Origin: Eledone cirrhosa
Taxonomy: Eukaryota
Reading direction: 5' to 3'
Assembly (NCBI GenBank): GCA_964016885.1
Contig: OZ024741.1
Location: forward strand, 85,002,001 to 85,066,000
DNA length: 64,000 nt
The translations under genes were made by a program, and so were the position numbers. The notes below the pieces were generated by a model that worked only from the letters and a program-made list of their open reading frames with translations, was not told where the DNA came from and ran no database searches. Shown here piece by piece: positions 1 through 14,417 of this stretch (positions within the stretch are counted from its first letter, which is position 1; every line of letters begins with the position of its first letter).

Positions 1-850
1 TATATATATATTTTTTTTTATTGCCTCCTTAACCTCTGTATTAACTTACCTATTATATTGCTACTCTGTTAATGTTATCTTATACATGTATGTTATTGAT
101 GATGTGAAAGCTAAACAACCCCATGATTCGAACTAACAATCCCTTCATCTAATATAGACCAAATAAATATTGAACTCACCTCACACCACAAATATTACTA
201 TCCTCACTACAATGATAAATATTTCATGTCAGATAATAAATAATTCTTACGGTCACCAGACCTACAGTAAAGGAAATGGTACATTGTCTAAAGCCACCGG
301 CTTATCTCTACACTATATATAATACACCCATGACAGCTTTTACATGTCAATTTCATACATCTGCCTCATGTCAGCTAGTTTTAGACACTAAAGTCGTAGA
401 TATACTATGTTTCTTATTTAGATTGATGTTGTGATTATTTCAAGTAATTTATTGCTAGCATTGTTAGTATTGTTGTTATTGTTCTGATTGAATGCCATTA
501 CTATATATAGAAGCCATGCCTGTATAATCCTTTCATTCTCACAAGCTCTGATGAATTGACTGGTTACAACTATGTATTGGTGATAGAATGACGCGAAAAC
601 AGGCGGGTAGCGATCTCTAGACCTACCAGTTCAGAGAAACCATTTTGTATAGCAAACGGTGTCACTCTTCTTTCCTGATTTATCATTACTCCAAGTGTTA
701 ACAACACAGAAATCACCGCGTACTCGCAGCATCACTATGGAAACGCCTTGTTGAGTCAAACATAGCCAAGCGTTGATATCATCCACTACTCGGAGTACTC
801 TAACTGGACTACATCTAAGTGGACTACCTATAACAATAATCTGTTATCCC

Positions 851-888
<38 letters not shown>

Positions 889-1379
889 ATGCTTTGGGAG
901 GGTCATGTTGCCAATAAGAAACATCGCACCAGTTGCTTTCACTCCAATTTATTATAAATTAAATTTATAAATTTAAGAATTTATAAATTTCCGGTTGGTT
1001 GGTTGGTTCCATAAACGGACGGTTGTTCATATATTGTCAAAGTACTTTCAACCTCTTCAGTGACTGGAGATTTGTTTTTTGTTTTGTGCCTCTCCTTTGT
1101 TCTGTCTTACGCCATCTTGTTTTTGTGTGTGTTGTGTGCTTAGTTTGCGCATGTGTTACATCCGGGTGTCTGTGTGTGTTTTTATTTATTTGTTTATTTC
1201 TTTGTTTTATTTATTTGTTTATTTACATGTTACTGGTTGGTTATATGTTCGAAGTGTGTGTGTGTTTTCATTTTGTCCTTAATTGTAAGCTGTGATGTTG
1301 CTATTCCATTCATGTTTTCTATTTAATTTTCAAAGACCTCTCTGTATAGATAAGAAATGCATAATCTGTAAACTAAGCC

Positions 1380-1725
1380 CCCACATTAACTGTAAAACTA
1401 GAAAATAGTATATAGCATAAAATGTACTGAAGGACAATGTAAAGATAGGAATATAGTGTACATAGGTGAGAGAGCTCGTAGTATAGGAGAACGGTTAAAT
1501 GAACACTGGCGAGAACTTCAAGATGAAAAAGAATCATCAATACTCCACCAATATGCTAAAATAGAACATAAGGGCAAATTAGAGAACATAGAAATAAAAA
1601 TAGAATCTACACACAGAAAAGAGGCAATGTTTAGACAAATCACAGAGGAAATAAACATAAATGAACTCCAACCAAAATTAAATAGAAAACATGAATGGAT
1701 TAGCAACGTCACAACTTACAATTAA
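1380..1725 (+). pseudogene. GIY-YIG endonuclease C-terminal fragment of a PLE
   Basis: Translates as IVYSIKCTEGQCKDRNIVYIGERARSIGERLNEH...FRQITEEININELQPKLNRKHEW, matching the PLE pattern VY-C-C-YIGE-R-R-EH...E...P-LN. There is a frameshift upstream. Confidence 0.85.
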
Positions 1726-1903
1726 GGACAAAATGAAAACACACACACACATAGAACAAACAACCAACCAGTAACATGTAAATAAACAAATAAATAAACA
1801 AATAAAAACACACACAAACATCCGGATGTAACACATGCGCAAACTAATCACACAACACAGGACAGAACAAAGGAGAGGCACAAAACAAAGAAAAGAAACC
1901 CCA

Positions 1904-1946
1904 GTCACTGAAGAGGTCACAGAATGTGTGACGAAAGAACTTTGAC
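1904..1946 (+). ncRNA. Type I hammerhead ribozyme motif
   Basis: gtca-CTGAAGA-g-gtcaca/gaatg/tgtgac-GAAA-gaactt-tgac, with stems I and II pairing. The inverted copy at 1036-1064 has a palindromic stem III (agtact) but has lost stem II. Confidence 0.7.
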
Positions 1947-2217
1947 AATATATGAACAACCGTCCGGTTATTGAACCAACCAACCAAACGTAAATTTATA
2001 AATTTAATTTGTAATAAATGCTAGTGAAAGCAGGTGGTGCGTGTGTTTCTTATTGGCAACATGACCCTCACAAAGCATAACAATATCAGTTTCAACACAC
2101 GTTTTCAGATAAAGAATGTTGCTAAACAAATTCAGAAACGATATATACGTATATATATACAGAAAGAGAGAGAGAGAGGTGGATAGATAGATATAGATAT
2201 ATACATATGTATACATG

Positions 2218-2260
<43 letters not shown>

Positions 2261-2314
2261 TTTTACAATCATTGTTTTCTCTTTCCCCCTCCCTATATAT
2301 ATATATATATATAT

Positions 2315-2382
2315 AATTGTTTCTACTTTAGGCACAAGGCCAGCAATTACGTCCGACCCTCTACCGATACTGCCAATCTGCG

Positions 2383-2384
<2 letters not shown>
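2315..2384 (-). mobile_element. Internally deleted tRNA-derived SINE (head fused to tail)
   Basis: The head ggattggcagtatcggtagagggtcggacg is joined directly to the tail aattgctggccttgtgcctaaagtagaaacaatt of the family seen at 4015 and 39545. Confidence 0.75.
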
Positions 2385-2424
<40 letters not shown>

Positions 2425-2451
2425 CATGTTATATTTATACACCTGTTGCTA

Positions 2452-2547
<96 letters not shown>

Positions 2548-2690
2548 GAGTATATGTTGGTTGTATACCAACACACAGTATGCAGACTGGAGCACTCGAC
2601 GAAGTGCGCAGGTTGGTTTGGTTACTCCGGAGTAATGTAAAATAAAGTAAAATAAATAAGTCAAATGTTTAAAATTTAGCTTCGTTTATT

Positions 2691-2745
2691 ACTGCTATAT
2701 ATATTTCGGTGACAGCCATCTTTGGCTGTGACCTCTTCAGGCAGT
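2691..2745 (-). ncRNA. Type I hammerhead ribozyme motif (inverted copy)
   Basis: Exact reverse complement of 3296-3350. Confidence 0.8.
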
Positions 2746-3295
2746 CCGAATTAGTGTGGTTTAGACAAGTACATATGTTGTTGAGGTGTATAATTTTGTC
2801 AATACTCTGATATGCCCAGTTCCTGGTTGGGTTGTTATTTCACTGAGGAACTGGAATCATATGAATTCAAACAAACGAATTTCAGTGTCAAAGGGCTTCT
2901 TCTCCTCTCATTGGTCAGTTGTTAGAACATTCCTCATTCAAAAGTCTATAGAAATTCATTCTGAGGCAAGCCAATCTGTAGTTGTTGTTCTTGTTATTGT
3001 TAGGTTCATCTGACCTTAATACTTGTGTTGGTAGTGTTGTTATTGTTGGAGTTAGCTTAAAAAATTGATAAAGTGGTAGAAGGAACAAGGTGGGAAAGGA
3101 ACAAAATAACAAAAAAAGTCAAACTTCCAATTGATCAGTTTTGAGAGCATTCCTCAGTCAGAAGTCTATAGAAATTCTTTCTGGGGTGAGGCTCCCTGTG
3201 AAATAACAACCCAACCAGGAACTGGGCATATCAGAGTATTGACAAAATTATACACCTCAACAACATATGTACTTGTCTATACCACACTAATTCGG

Positions 3296-3350
3296 ACTGC
3301 CTGAAGAGGTCACAGCCAAAGATGGCTGTCACCGAAATATATATAGCAGT
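3296..3350 (+). ncRNA. Type I hammerhead ribozyme motif
   Basis: actgc-CTGAAGA-ggtcacagcca/aaga/tggctgtcacc-GAAA-tatatata-gcagt: a 5-bp stem I, a long stem II and a self-complementary (AT)n stem III. Confidence 0.82.
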
Positions 3351-3423
3351 AATAAACGAAGCTAAATTTTAAACATTTGACTTATTTATTTTACTTTATT
3401 ATATATATATATATATATATATA

Positions 3424-3753
<330 letters not shown>

Positions 3754-4014
3754 ATATATATATATATAGTAACAAGTGTAAAAAAAATATTCATCACCAG
3801 CACGAATGCATGCGGAATATTGCTATGTGTTAAACAATACACAGCAGCAGCACAAATGAAACTTTGGAAAGCTACAGGTTGGTCCAATTCTAATTAAATA
3901 ACAGTGGGTTTTTTTCTGCAAACATATCTTTTTTTAAATTTATAATTAAGTTTCTATGAACAAATCTCTATTTTTGTCTACTTGTATGTAAAAAGAAAAC
4001 ATGTGCATCTTCAA

Positions 4015-4200
4015 ATTGGCAGTATCGGTAGAGGGTCGGACGCCATGCTTTCCAGCATAGTTACGTCCCTTTACGATCTGAGTTCAAACCCGCCGAGGTT
4101 GACTTTGCCTTTCATCCTTATGGGGTCGATAAAATAAAGTACCAGTAATGCACTGGATATTGCTGGCCTTGTGCCTAAAGTAGAAACAATTATTATATTC
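4015..4200 (+). mobile_element. tRNA-derived SINE with Meta-like central domain
   Basis: A-box-like tggcagtatcgg, B-box gagttcaaaccc, core gcctttcatccttatggggtcgataaaataaagtaccag, and an AT-rich tail. Confidence 0.85.
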
Positions 4201-4204
4201 ATTA

Positions 4205-4416
4205 TATGGTGTCGGTAGAGCGTCAGAATGCATGCTTTGCAACATAGAGTTATGGCCCTTTACTTTCTGAGTTCAAATCCCGCCGAAGTTAACTTTGCCT
4301 TTCATCCTTACGGGGTCGATAAAATAAAGTACCAGTCTCGCACTGGAGTCGATTTAATCAAGATCCCCCTCCCCCAAAATGGCTGGCCTTGTGTCTATAT
4401 AAGAAACCATTATTGT
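4205..4416 (+). mobile_element. tRNA-derived SINE, second copy in tandem
   Basis: Same B-box and core, starting right after the tail of the previous copy. Confidence 0.8.
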
Positions 4417-4651
4417 TGATGTTAGTATTGTAGCTGCTGTTATTATTAGTTCTTACTTACTAATTTAAAAAAAGACCTCCAACAATTATTCATAAACAGA
4501 TATCACTATACATTCAATTGGTCTGTTGTTTATCGCTTCAATTGCATTCGTTTATTGTATCTATAGATATCTGTGCTGGCGTCTATTTCTTTGTCTCCGA
4601 GTGTATTTGTGCTTGTGTGTATGTGTGTGTGTATATGTATGCATATGTGTA

Positions 4652-4682
<31 letters not shown>

Positions 4683-4735
4683 ATATATATGTATGTATGT
4701 ACGTATATGTGTATATAAATATATGTATGTATGTA

Positions 4736-4766
<31 letters not shown>

Positions 4767-4799
4767 GTGTGTGTATGTGTGTGTGTAAATATATATATA

Positions 4800-4833
<34 letters not shown>

Positions 4834-5013
4834 CATACATACATGGTTCTGTGTGTGCATTTGCGTGTACCTGTGGGTGAGTGTATTTAAGTGTGTGTCT
4901 GTATGTGTGTGCGTGCGTGTGTGATTTATATAGGTTTCTATTTGCAGAATTCTGTTACTTTTGCAAAGATTACATACATTAATTCTTAAATGTATGCTTA
5001 CTTGCATAACACG

Positions 5014-5086
<73 letters not shown>

Positions 5087-5177
5087 TTGTACATCTACAC
5101 TTATGTTTTTAAATGTGTGTGTATATATATATATATATATCTAATATATGTATATATACATATATAATAAATATGTA

Positions 5178-5223
<46 letters not shown>

Positions 5224-5299
5224 GTGTGTGTGTGTGCGTATATATATGTATGTATATATATATATATATAAGTGTGTGTGTGTGCGTATATATATGTAC

Positions 5300-5333
<34 letters not shown>

Positions 5334-5406
5334 GTGTGTGTGTGTGCGTATATATATATATGTATGTATATATATATATAAGTGTGTGTGTGTGCGTATA
5401 TATATG

Positions 5407-5446
<40 letters not shown>

Positions 5447-5462
5447 TGTGTGTATATATATG

Positions 5463-5507
<45 letters not shown>

Positions 5508-5844
5508 GTATATATGTATGTATATATATATATATAACTCTCCAATTTAGCTTATCAAATACGACATCTCTTAACTAATTCAATAAAAGACTGACGATTG
5601 CATCGTATATAAAATGAGTTGAAGTTTACATAGTCAAATATTGTATGATTGGATAAAACTATATTTTCCAGTTTATTTTCAAATAGGATATATTTACCTG
5701 TTATGTTATATTACGCTATAGATGTTTTTGTGTAGTGCATATATATAGATAGATAGATAGGTAGATAGATAAATATAAATTATTATTATTTGTCTTATTT
5801 TTTCCTTCAGTTTGCTCATTTTGTTTCTCTACCTTGCCAATAAT

Positions 5845-5882
<38 letters not shown>

Positions 5883-5992
5883 TTATATATATATATACAT
5901 ATATATATACACACACATGTATATATATTTACATACATACACACACACACACATACATATATATGTGTATATATATATAGATATATATATAC

Positions 5993-6045
<53 letters not shown>

Positions 6046-7391
6046 GCTGATAAAATGATTTTCTATAAGTAAATTACTAAACATGACAAGTTGCATCGCA
6101 TCCGTATCGACAAAGCCACCAGCATCACTCTTTTTCTTCTCATTTTCTGTGTGTGTATATATATATATGTGGGTGGGGTGAGAGAGAGAGATGGTGTGTG
6201 TGTATGTGTGTATATGCGTGTGTGTCTATCAATCTCTCTCTCTCTTTCTTTCTCTCTCTCTTTCTCTCTCTTATATAATAATATATTTCCTTTTCCTTCC
6301 GTTTCACTTCATTTCTTTCTCACCCCCACTCCCCCTCTGTCTCCTCCTCCTCCACCTTTTAATGCAATATTTATCGCAATAACACTGCTGCGTCAGCTTC
6401 TTTATAAAATTCTCATCGAAAAATTGTGACTTTCGAAATATTCCTATCACTATTTATCCATCATCTTCGTTAGCAATAACAACAATACCATCATCATTAT
6501 CCCCGTCATCTTCATCATCAATATACGTAGTTATCAAAGAGACAGTCATCGCATGCACACATCCTCACGCACGCACACATTCTCACTTACATTCATACTT
6601 ACATACACAACGCGAACAGTCTCAAATATGACGTGGGAGACAATTCTTTAAAGTCTCGTTAAATATCTGGGTATTCTTCTGAAGACTACCTTTATGCGTA
6701 GATATGTCCGTCAAACAATAAATTCATTTTACAAGGATTTGCTTCAAACTACATGGTTGGACACTACAGCGTCAACAACAATGAATCAAAGAACAGCAAC
6801 AAGGATAAAGTTTAAAAGAATATTTCTTGCTATAGTTACAGAAGGAACCGAATGTATTAATCGCTTTTCTCTTGAAGCCACGAATTCAATAACGACATAT
6901 TTAATTGTTATAAAATGGCAAAAAGATCCCTTTGTTGGCTATATGAATAGAAGGAAATTACATTAAGGCGAACTTCACCAAGAGCTAAATTGTTTCAAAG
7001 CCAAACAATTACGCCAAGAAGCAAAGAATGTTGAGCGTAAAAATAACATGAATATTATTCAAAATAATAATCTTTTCTGATTTAGGCACAAGGCAAACAA
7101 TTTTAGGAGGGGGGGAGTCGATTAAATCAACTCCAGTGTGTTACTGGTCCTATATTTTATCGACCCAGTACGGATGAAAAGAAATGCTAATCTTGAATAA
7201 CGAAAGTGTGAAACCCATACAAATAACAACAGTAAATGAGATGTCTCATAAATGGGATATACAATCAGCACCAGTTAGAAGAGCCCGCCAAGCTACAATA
7301 TTTTCTTGGATCCAGTCAGACTATCAACAGCAATACACAGTCTCTTAAACCAGCCATGCCGGCAATAAATTTGACACCACGTGTCACAACA

Positions 7392-7581
7392 TAATTGTTT
7401 CTACTTTTGGCACAAGGCCATCAATTATTCCAGTGCATTACTGGTACTTTATTTTATCGACCTCGTAAGGATGAAAGGCAAAGTCAACCTCGGCGGGATT
7501 TGAACTCAGATCGTAAAGGGACGTAACTATGCTGGAAAGCATGGTGTCTGACCCTCTACCGATACTGCCAATCCACCGCCC
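7392..7581 (-). mobile_element. tRNA-derived SINE, full length
   Basis: Reverse complement of the 39545 copy. It is flanked by the repeat cgtgtcacaacataat (about 7380 and 7586), a probable target-site duplication. Confidence 0.85.
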
Positions 7582-7639
7582 TGAACGTGTCACAACATAA
7601 TATACATCAAACACCACCATTTGGACAAGTAGGTCATAT

Positions 7640-7830
7640 GTTGTTCTTTTCTGTGCTGACACCAACATTTGTCCTACTTGACTGGACGCTAGATGAGATC
7701 CAAGCCATTGATATTTAAACCCGAAACGTTCTAACCGACATCTGATATTTCCACCTCAACAGGAACATTGAACATATCTACCTAAAACGTAAAGAAGGAA
7801 GCAGTGGTTTAACATCAGTGGTTTAACATC
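7640..7830 (+). pseudogene. Decayed R4/Dong-clade non-LTR RT thumb fragment
   Basis: Translates as VLTPTFVLLDWTLDEIQAIDI*TRNVLT...HIYLKRKEGSSGL, resembling W..el..lD.ktRk.lt...RLYl.RkeGGRGL. A KYLGI-type remnant near 6660 may belong to the same or a related element. Confidence 0.6.
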
Positions 7831-8321
7831 CACACAGCATTTTAGTGTTGCATCATATCCCTCCAACGACATATATGAACCACCAAGCACAGAAGCCCAT
7901 CTGTGGAAGGAAAATCGAAGATGCCACCCCAATCATAAGGAACTGTCCAAAGATGTAATCACGATACTATCTTCCTAAGAGATCTGATGTAGCAGCCAAA
8001 CTTCTATACAAAGTAGAGTCCGTAGACTGAACATACAAAACGTAACAGGGATGGGGTGCATACATCATATGAAAGAATACCGTATGTTCTAGTCAAAAGC
8101 TCAATAAAATGCAAACAAAAGAGACCAAACATAGTGATATGGGACAGAAAAAAGATATGCACACACATATAAATACATACATAAACAAATACATACATAC
8201 ATGCATGCATACATACAAACATACATACATACATACATGCATACATACATACATACATACATACATACATACATACATACATACATACATACATACATAC
8301 ATACGTACATACATACATGCA

Positions 8322-8919
8322 TACATGATGGCTGCCAACTCGTTTTCGAGTACGGCCACTACCTTATATCCATGTAGGAGAACCCCTACCGATGCGCTGA
8401 ACGAGTGTGACTTTTTAGTCCAGCCAGCGACTTGAAAACTCTGGTACAAACACTACACTTGTGACAATTATTGACACATAGTGCTGGGCCCATGGTACCA
8501 TGTGACGACAAGGGCAAAGAGATCTCCAGATATAAAGCAATGCCTGTGCCGTGAAGCCTTTATAGTGAGCAAAGGCACTGCACAAAGCCAGTCCCACTCT
8601 CTTAACCAAGATGATATTTACCAAAAAGAAGAACAAGTCAACATCATTGGATACCATCAGGGTTGCAGGTGTTATATCAGAGTTTTCCTTCTCCTAGAAT
8701 TCTGCCTTGACAAAGGCTAAGGGGTCATCTCTCCCGGTGATTTTGGATGGCCATTGACTCTTAAGAGCTCCTTTGCCCTTTGACAGGTTTTGTTTTTAGT
8801 CCTGCAGGATGTCCAAAGTCACTCTCCTCACCAAGAAACCTTGGTGGGGTTGCCAGTTTAGTCGCCAACGACCCGACCATGAGACAGGTTGTACTGGGAT
8901 ACATGTTACCAGTAGCACC
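8322..8919 (-). mobile_element. Non-autonomous RTE-related retroposon with (TATG)n tail
   Basis: Homologous to 27170-27708 and to the stub at about 50850. The minus strand has an RTE-5'UTR-like ccttgtcaaggcag...ctaggagaaggaaaactctgat and ends gcagccatcatg(TATG)n. Confidence 0.6.
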
Positions 8920-9504
8920 AACATAGACATATATATATCCATATACATACACACACACAGACATAGATGCCTGTCTACATACATACATACACATGTATAT
9001 ATATACATACATATATATATGGATGCCTACACACTTACAATCAAATGATAATATTCCAATTACGGACTCAATACATGGTGTCTCGTCGTTAGTAGTGACG
9101 GTGGTCGATGGCGATATGCACGTGAGTGTATGTGTGTGTGTTTATATGTATATGATGATGGCTATAGAGTAGGAGCTCCTCTTGGGCTCTCTCTCTCTCA
9201 CACACTCACTCACTCTCTCTCTCTCCTCATATATCTCTCTCTCTCTTCCTCTCTTCTGTTCTGTTCTCTTTAAAGATGCAGTGACTGCCTATCATGGGCT
9301 CACACGATGGTAAAGAAATTCAGCAATTTTGCAAGAACAAGACCTCCACCATTCAAACACCGACAATACTTCTGCGTAAGACACAACAGCACTTCACGAC
9401 CGTGGATGATCAAATCCACACACGAAGTTTTCCTCTTCTCTATATTCTTCATAATATTCGTTCAGTTCGGAGAAAAAGGAACACCTATGACATGAACTAC
9501 TGTA

Positions 9505-9654
9505 CTTAACTGGTACTATTTTTCAGTGACCCTGGAAAGATTCAAGGTAAAGTTGACCTCGATGGGATTTGAACTCAATGCGTAAATGATCGTAACTAAA
9601 CGCCACATATCATTTTCTATGATGTTCTATCGATTCTGCCAATCCACTGCCCTT
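9505..9654 (-). mobile_element. Diverged tRNA-derived SINE
   Basis: ctggtact...aaggtaaagttgacctc...gggatttgaactca...ctgccaatccactgcc. Confidence 0.7.
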
Positions 9655-11053
9655 ATATTTCCAAATAATGAAATGAATTCAAATCTTTTTAGAAGTAAGA
9701 GTATTTTTCATTAATTACATGCTGAGGTTATGGTGTCATAGCTTTGCTGGATTCTGTTCAATAAATACAGAGAACCTCTGGCACCCGAGCAATTTCCAGT
9801 TTGTTATGCAGCATTAATTATGTCCCATTTACACACCCCTAGATATCAGCTTAATCCATCTTCATTTTCTAATGATTCTTATCATTGGTTCATTAGCTTT
9901 CGGAAGAAGATGCTCTACGTAATTTGGCATGCAAAATCATTTCATGTGCTGCATTAACTTGCTCACAGTGTTGCTGCAACTGTACTTTATACAATAATAA
10001 CATTCACTATAGAAAATGCTGTTAACTTATATGTAAAATTTAGTCCCTAATACTTTAATTCCTTCAGCTCCTGGAAATCTCTATGATACCTATTACAACG
10101 TCAATGGACATGTAAAACAAAGAGGGATTACCAATAGCTGCCAACTTTAACTCCAATCAATCTCATATCTCCAGGACCATCATATGGTACGCTGGCATTA
10201 CAAGTTAGTGAAGGAATCTACATGTCTGCTAGACTTGCTCTAAAGGAAGCCAAATTTCGAAAAAATCCTTTTTAAGAAGATACATGCTAAAAATAGAAAC
10301 CCTATATCTCTCAAATGATACACACATTACATAAAGTCGTTTGCTTAAAAATAAGATGAAATGGCAATGGCTAGGGTGTTTGATATCATGCGTCTTCTGA
10401 AACAGGACTAGATTGGGGTTTAATAAAAGGTTAATATATACGGATATAGTCCTTGACTGAGTTATATCATCGTTACTCGGAGTTTCCTATCGTGAATAAA
10501 TATCTCTGCAATCAATGGAGTTTTTCACACAGAATATCTTACTCATTTGAGGTATATCCGCCCATACGGGTTATGATGTAAGAGACATAATTCACTTCAT
10601 TTACTCACAGTGCGCGTGTTAGTAGCCTTATATCGGCCAGAGGGGCTAATGTATGTAACAGTTTCAGTTGTTATCTTTTTAAAGGTGACACAGAATGGAA
10701 GAATTGGGAGAGAGATCAGATCTCTTCTTACGCAAATGCCATTTGCTATAATCTTTGGTTAATCCAATACTCGTCGGTGAAACTGGATAAGGGAAATAGC
10801 CTAGAAGTCCAGCAGATCGACTGTACTTGTATCACGCTGGTTTTTGCTGAGAATCACGTTAAGGATATACAGGTTTATGGGATGCGTAGCAAATCACATG
10901 TCAATTTCAAGAGCAGACTGTTCGGTTGGACCGCTCATGGTAACGCACACGGATGTTCATTTGATTGATGCTTATATGTGTACACAGAAACGCACACACA
11001 CATACACACACGCGCGCACACATCTCTCGCTCTCTCTCTATATATATATACTG

Positions 11054-11151
<98 letters not shown>

Positions 11152-11321
11152 TGATTATGATTTTGTGTGCATGTGAGCGTGTATAAAAAAAATATTTATA
11201 TAATAGAGTCAGGGACCGACAGTTAAGCTCTTGCCATTTCAACTGCAAATTCCGATCTGGAATATGGTGTCGAAATGTCAAGAGCTGAGCCACCGGGCCT
11301 TGACTCTCTGCAATATATATG

Positions 11322-11391
<70 letters not shown>

Positions 11392-11762
11392 TGCTGATAT
11401 TTTCACTACCACTCTATTAACAAGAACTCATTCTCCAGCCAAATTTTTAGCAAGAAGGATGGAAGAAAACATACTCCAACATTAGATTTTAATTTTAAAT
11501 CTTTAGTTTTAACTCCTATAATTCTTTTTAATTTTTTATTTCAATACTCAACATTTGATAAGATGAATTTAATAATACATCGTTACCGGTAATACTTTAT
11601 ATAGATTATAAAACCTTTTTTAAAAAGAATTGTCCCTCACATTGTTTCAATAATGTTATCTTTTCAATAATGTCACTTTGACGAATCGAAGAAAGGATAA
11701 AAAAACAAAAACAGACCTTTAAATATATGTTCTGTGCTATTTCCAACTTCACCTTCTCTCTC

Positions 11763-11966
<204 letters not shown>

Positions 11967-12199
11967 TCTGACTAGAAACCAACACCGAATTTTCCAGGCC
12001 CATGTCAAAAGCCTGCATTGCATTAGAAATGTTGCATAAGAACCTTATTAGCTTATTACTTCAGAATCTGTCTGAGGAAGGCGTGTTGGTACTTGCGTGA
12101 AGGCAACAATACTGAATTATTAGTGCGAGTATAGCACACCCTCTGGACCATGTCAAACTACTGCTACCAAAGACCTTAAGTCTCCAACAGCTCTAAAGT

Positions 12200-12405
12200 C
12201 CCCACCGAAGAGCATCAGAGTGATGGAATGGACTCCATGCGAATGGACAGGACCTAGTGGACGACCAAGCTTGGGGTGGAGAATGACCTCATTCAATATG
12301 GGATCCGAATGGCCTAGGATAGCCCGTTACCGATGTTGCTAAGGGCAGTCCAGCGAGGGGTTCATCCTCAAAGAAGGATAATGCACTGTCGAAATGAAAT
12401 GAAAG
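12200..12405 (+). pseudogene. RTE-clade LINE 3' end remnant
   Basis: Translates as VMEWTPCEWTGPSGRPSLGW, resembling W.P...kR.rGRP..rW, and is followed by a short (GAAAT)n tail. Confidence 0.5.
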
Positions 12406-13025
12406 ATATATATTCCATATGAATGATCATAAAGTCATGAAGACAGGCTGCTATTTTTCTATATTTAAATGAATTGATTCAATATTTATTGAATTAATTA
12501 ATTGAAATAGTAAAACAAATAACAACCTGTCTTCAAGAACATTCACGTACCCATACTCCGTTGTGTAACAGCCTATATGAAACCATATAATAGATAGAAT
12601 GGTATAACTAATATGGAGTGCTTAACCTTGCTTACACTAGTGAGAAATAATGGAGATGAGGCAAACACAAACCTACTAATCAATTGATTAATCATTTAAA
12701 CAGAAGCAACCCATAATATATATAAGCATGTATGTATGCATGCTAGTATGCATGCTTGTATGCACGTATGTATGAATGTGTATGGATGGATGGTTGGATG
12801 GATAGACGAATGGATGCACGTAAGTAGTTATGTAGGTATATATTATATGCAGGTAGCTTGTTTTGGGAGATCATCGTAGTCTGAAATAAATTTTCAGAGG
12901 ACATTAATTTCGCATTAACTTTGTTTTGACACTGGAAAAGTATCTCAAATTTTTATTCGTTTTGATTTTTCGTCCTTTAACTCTTCTCTCTTTCTCACTT
13001 GTTCTCACTCTCTCCCTTACCCTTA

Positions 13026-13120
<95 letters not shown>

Positions 13121-13124
<4 letters not shown>

Positions 13125-13311
13125 AAAACATGAATACTAATTTTCTTGCTTGTGTCTTGTTAGTACATAAACTTTTTAATTCTCTGTCTATATCAATATT
13201 CGGCTTTTTCAAAATATGTATCCGAGATTTATTAAAGAAATCTATATAACTTGCGGAGTGTTATTCCTTTTCAAATTTATATGAAGAGCGAGAAAGAGAG
13301 AGAGAGTAAAC

Positions 13312-13370
<59 letters not shown>

Positions 13371-13564
13371 CTCTCGCTCTCTCTCTCTCTTTCTCGCTCT
13401 TCATATAAATTTGAAAAGGAATAACACTCCGCAAGTTATATAGATTTCTTTAATAAATCTCGGATACATATTTTGAAAAAGCCGAATGTTGATATAGACA
13501 GAGAATTAAAAAGTTTATGTACTAACAAGACACAAGCAAGAAAATTAGTATTCATGTTTTCCTA
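13121..13564. repeat. ~185-bp inverted duplication around a (GA)n/(CT)n centre
   Basis: 13121-13305 and about 13378-13564 are reverse complements, with about one mismatch seen. Confidence 0.9.
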
Positions 13565-13850
13565 TCTTTTACAGATTTAGAATTTTGATTTTAAAAAGTC
13601 TTGATTTATTTGTTCCAGCTCTCTACGTTTTGAAATACAGCACCACTGAGCTCAATTTTTGCAGTTCATCTTTCTGTGGTGTATAAAATAAAATACCAGT
13701 CAAAGTTTGGATCAATTTAATCGACACAACATACATACACCAAAAGTGTTTTGGCTTTGTACCTTAATCTATAGTGATGAAACGGTAGAAAACATAGAAC
13801 AACCGATACATACCCACAGACATATATATATATGTATATATACACGTATA

Positions 13851-13888
<38 letters not shown>

Positions 13889-14035
13889 CATATGTTTGTG
13901 TGTTTGTTTCTCTCTCTCTCTCCCTTTCTATATATATATATATATATACTCGTTCCTATTACCCACTCTACTACACTAAGTATTGAGTACTTTGGTGCGT
14001 TATGGTCCATCTGGTTCCTTACCACGTTTCCTTCG

Positions 14036-14098
<63 letters not shown>

Positions 14099-14264
14099 GA
14101 TATAAAACGAAAAATCAGTGATGCATCTGAACTCAATTTATTGTGTTACAATTGTTTCGCCGGCGGACAGCTCGAGACGCGATCATAGAGTGTTCAAACG
14201 GCATACCGCCTATGAAAGTATCTTAGCTACCATCAGACACACACACACACACACACACACAGTC

Positions 14265-14342
<78 letters not shown>

Positions 14343-14369
14343 CAGGTTTTTACTGTATCCATTCTGATT

Positions 14370-14417
<48 letters not shown>

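Larger units (their letters stand above)
881..2086 (+). mobile_element. Penelope-like element 3' fragment with inverted pseudo-LTR arms
   Basis: About 881-1325 is the reverse complement of about 1678-2086. The arms enclose a GIY-YIG coding fragment, the right arm holds an HHR, and the left end abuts (TA)n. Confidence 0.85.
2640..3400. mobile_element. Non-coding fold-back element derived from a PLE pseudo-LTR, with ~200-bp inverted arms
   Basis: 2640-2843 is the near-perfect reverse complement of 3198-3400, and each arm has an HHR. There is an internal partial duplication (about 2915-2965 and 3133-3185). The right end abuts (TA)n. Confidence 0.85.

Noticed and set aside
4015-4100. tRNA-like A and B boxes
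   Set aside because: They are SINE heads with no cloverleaf, each followed by the SINE core and tail.
5590-5640. ctgacga...gaag motif in a TA-bounded block
   Set aside because: Stem II is poor and GAAA is absent.
9270-9509. Possible host exon after a pyrimidine tract and AG
   Set aside because: The tract is a (CT)n microsatellite, no frame gives a recognisable protein, and I found no convincing donor site.
9760-10300. Non-repetitive stretch that might be a LINE remnant (also 27800-28080)
   Set aside because: No motif I can name with confidence, and all frames are interrupted.
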